NCBI GenBank assembly: GCA_963422735.1
Contig: OY730476.1
Span: 3,584,001 to 3,648,000 of the forward strand
Length of the DNA stretch: 64,000 nt
Reading direction: 5' to 3'
Source: Candidatus Latescibacterota bacterium
GTDB taxonomy: Bacteria; Latescibacterota; UBA2968; UBA8231
This document shows positions 63,165 to 64,000 of this stretch, in pieces. The position numbers and the translations under genes were made by a program. How positions within the stretch are numbered: position 1 is the stretch's first letter; the number at the start of each line of letters is the position of its first letter. The notes under the pieces were generated by a model. The model searched no databases. It was not told where the DNA came from and saw only the letters and a program-made list of their open reading frames with translations.

Positions 63165-63985
63165 ACGCCCACCGACTGCGGCCGCGCTTTGCCCAGCACT
63201 TCCTCGTCGCTCGGGGTGTCATAGAGGCCATTGCTGGGCTAGTGCGTCCGGTTACTGGCGAGGTGGTCGTCGAGATCGGGCCGGGCCGGGGCGCGTTGAC
63301 CGAGGTGCTGCTCGCTTCTGTGGATCGCCTAGTGGCCGTGGAAATCGATCGCGACTTGGTGGCCTTGCTCCGCACGCGCCAAGATGTGCGTAGGTTGCGC
63401 TTGATCGAAGGAGATATTCTGCAAGTCGATCTCGGGGAGATCTTGCGGGACGCGGCCGGGTGCCGGCTGCTGATTGTCGGCAATCTTCCCTACAATATCA
63501 CCGCTCCGCTGATCTTTCACCTTCTCGCACACGCCGATTGTATCAGCCGTGCCATCGTCATGGTCCAACGCGAAGTGGCTCAGCGCTTGGTCGCGAGCCC
63601 CGGTTCAAAGGATTACAGCTTGCTGTCGGTGCTGGTGGCCATGCGCGCTGAGGTGGAGATGCGCTTGCAGGTGGAGCGCGATAGCTTTCGGCCCGTGCCG
63701 GCTGTGGATTCGTCCGTAGTCGAGTTGCGCTTTGCCCCCAAGCCCCGCTACTCAGTAAAAGACGTGGGCTGTTTCGACCGCTTGGTGCGCCGGGCCTTTG
63801 GCCAGCGGCGCAAGATGCTGCGCAATTCGCTCCTCGGCCTCAATCCCGAGGGCGGGCGGCCTTGGCTAGAAGATCTGGGCCAGCAGGCGGGTATCGAACT
63901 GACGCGCCGCCCGGAGGAATTGTCGATAGAGGAATTCATCCGGCTGAGCGACACCTGCTCGAGCTTGGGAAAGGAAAGGCCGTGA
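63158..63985 (+). CDS. rsmA: 16S rRNA m6,2A dimethyltransferase
   Basis: AQHFL, EIGPGRGALT, GNLPYNIT, MVQREVA, F.P.PAVDS, FGQRRKMLRN. Confidence 0.94.
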   Translation: MVNAHRLRPRFAQHFLVARGVIEAIAGLVRPVTGEVVVEIGPGRGALTEVLLASVDRLVAVEIDRDLVALLRTRQDVRRLRLIEGDILQVDLGEILRDAAGCRLLIVGNLPYNITAPLIFHLLAHADCISRAIVMVQREVAQRLVASPGSKDYSLLSVLVAMRAEVEMRLQVERDSFRPVPAVDSSVVELRFAPKPRYSVKDVGCFDRLVRRAFGQRRKMLRNSLLGLNPEGGRPWLEDLGQQAGIELTRRPEELSIEEFIRLSDTCSSLGKERP

Positions 63986-64000
63986 AACCGGTCTTGTGGC

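Noticed and set aside
63982-64000. Start of the next CDS (GTGAAACCG...) overlapping the rsmA stop
   Set aside because: Only 6 codons visible; cannot be identified

Overview
GC-rich genomic DNA from a diderm bacterium. Gene content (FlgD/T9SS-type C-terminal sorting domains, dockerin-like EF-hand modules, McsAB-ClpC next to LolCD/BamA) and a divergent 16S suggest an FCB-superphylum lineage such as Latescibacterota/PAUC34f; this is inference and needs a 16S or marker-gene search. Most of the window is housekeeping: guaB, a heterodimeric ABC exporter, rdgB, hisGDB, moaDE, tsaD, ftsK-lolA, frameshifted prfB, lolC/E-lolD, mcsA-mcsB-clpC, bamA-skp-fabZ-pyrB, rhaI, a full rRNA operon (16S-tRNA-Ile-23S-5S), an EF-G paralogue, yebC-ruvCAB-tsaB-rimI, holB and rsmA. 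Several features are missing from the ORF track: a CxxU SelW/Rdx selenoprotein with in-frame UGA, SECIS-like hairpin and its own promoter (7449-7682, minus); a 33-codon uORF coupled to a giant surface-protein gene; a 38-aa basic protein; and the prfB +1 frameshift. The best candidate for an undescribed system is 15.8-23.6 kb. There a perfect sigma70 promoter, framed by an inverted repeat, drives a 1760-aa non-enzymatic Ig/Calx-beta protein carrying both dockerin-like and cohesin-like modules, followed by a protein with tandem cohesin-like modules. Both end in T9SS-like CTDs and are followed by related stem-loops, next to GT4/GT-C glycosyltransferases, suggesting a cellulosome-like cell-surface scaffold. 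Other notable points are the absence of lpxD/lpxA from the bamA-skp-fabZ cluster and mismatches of the 16S to universal primers.
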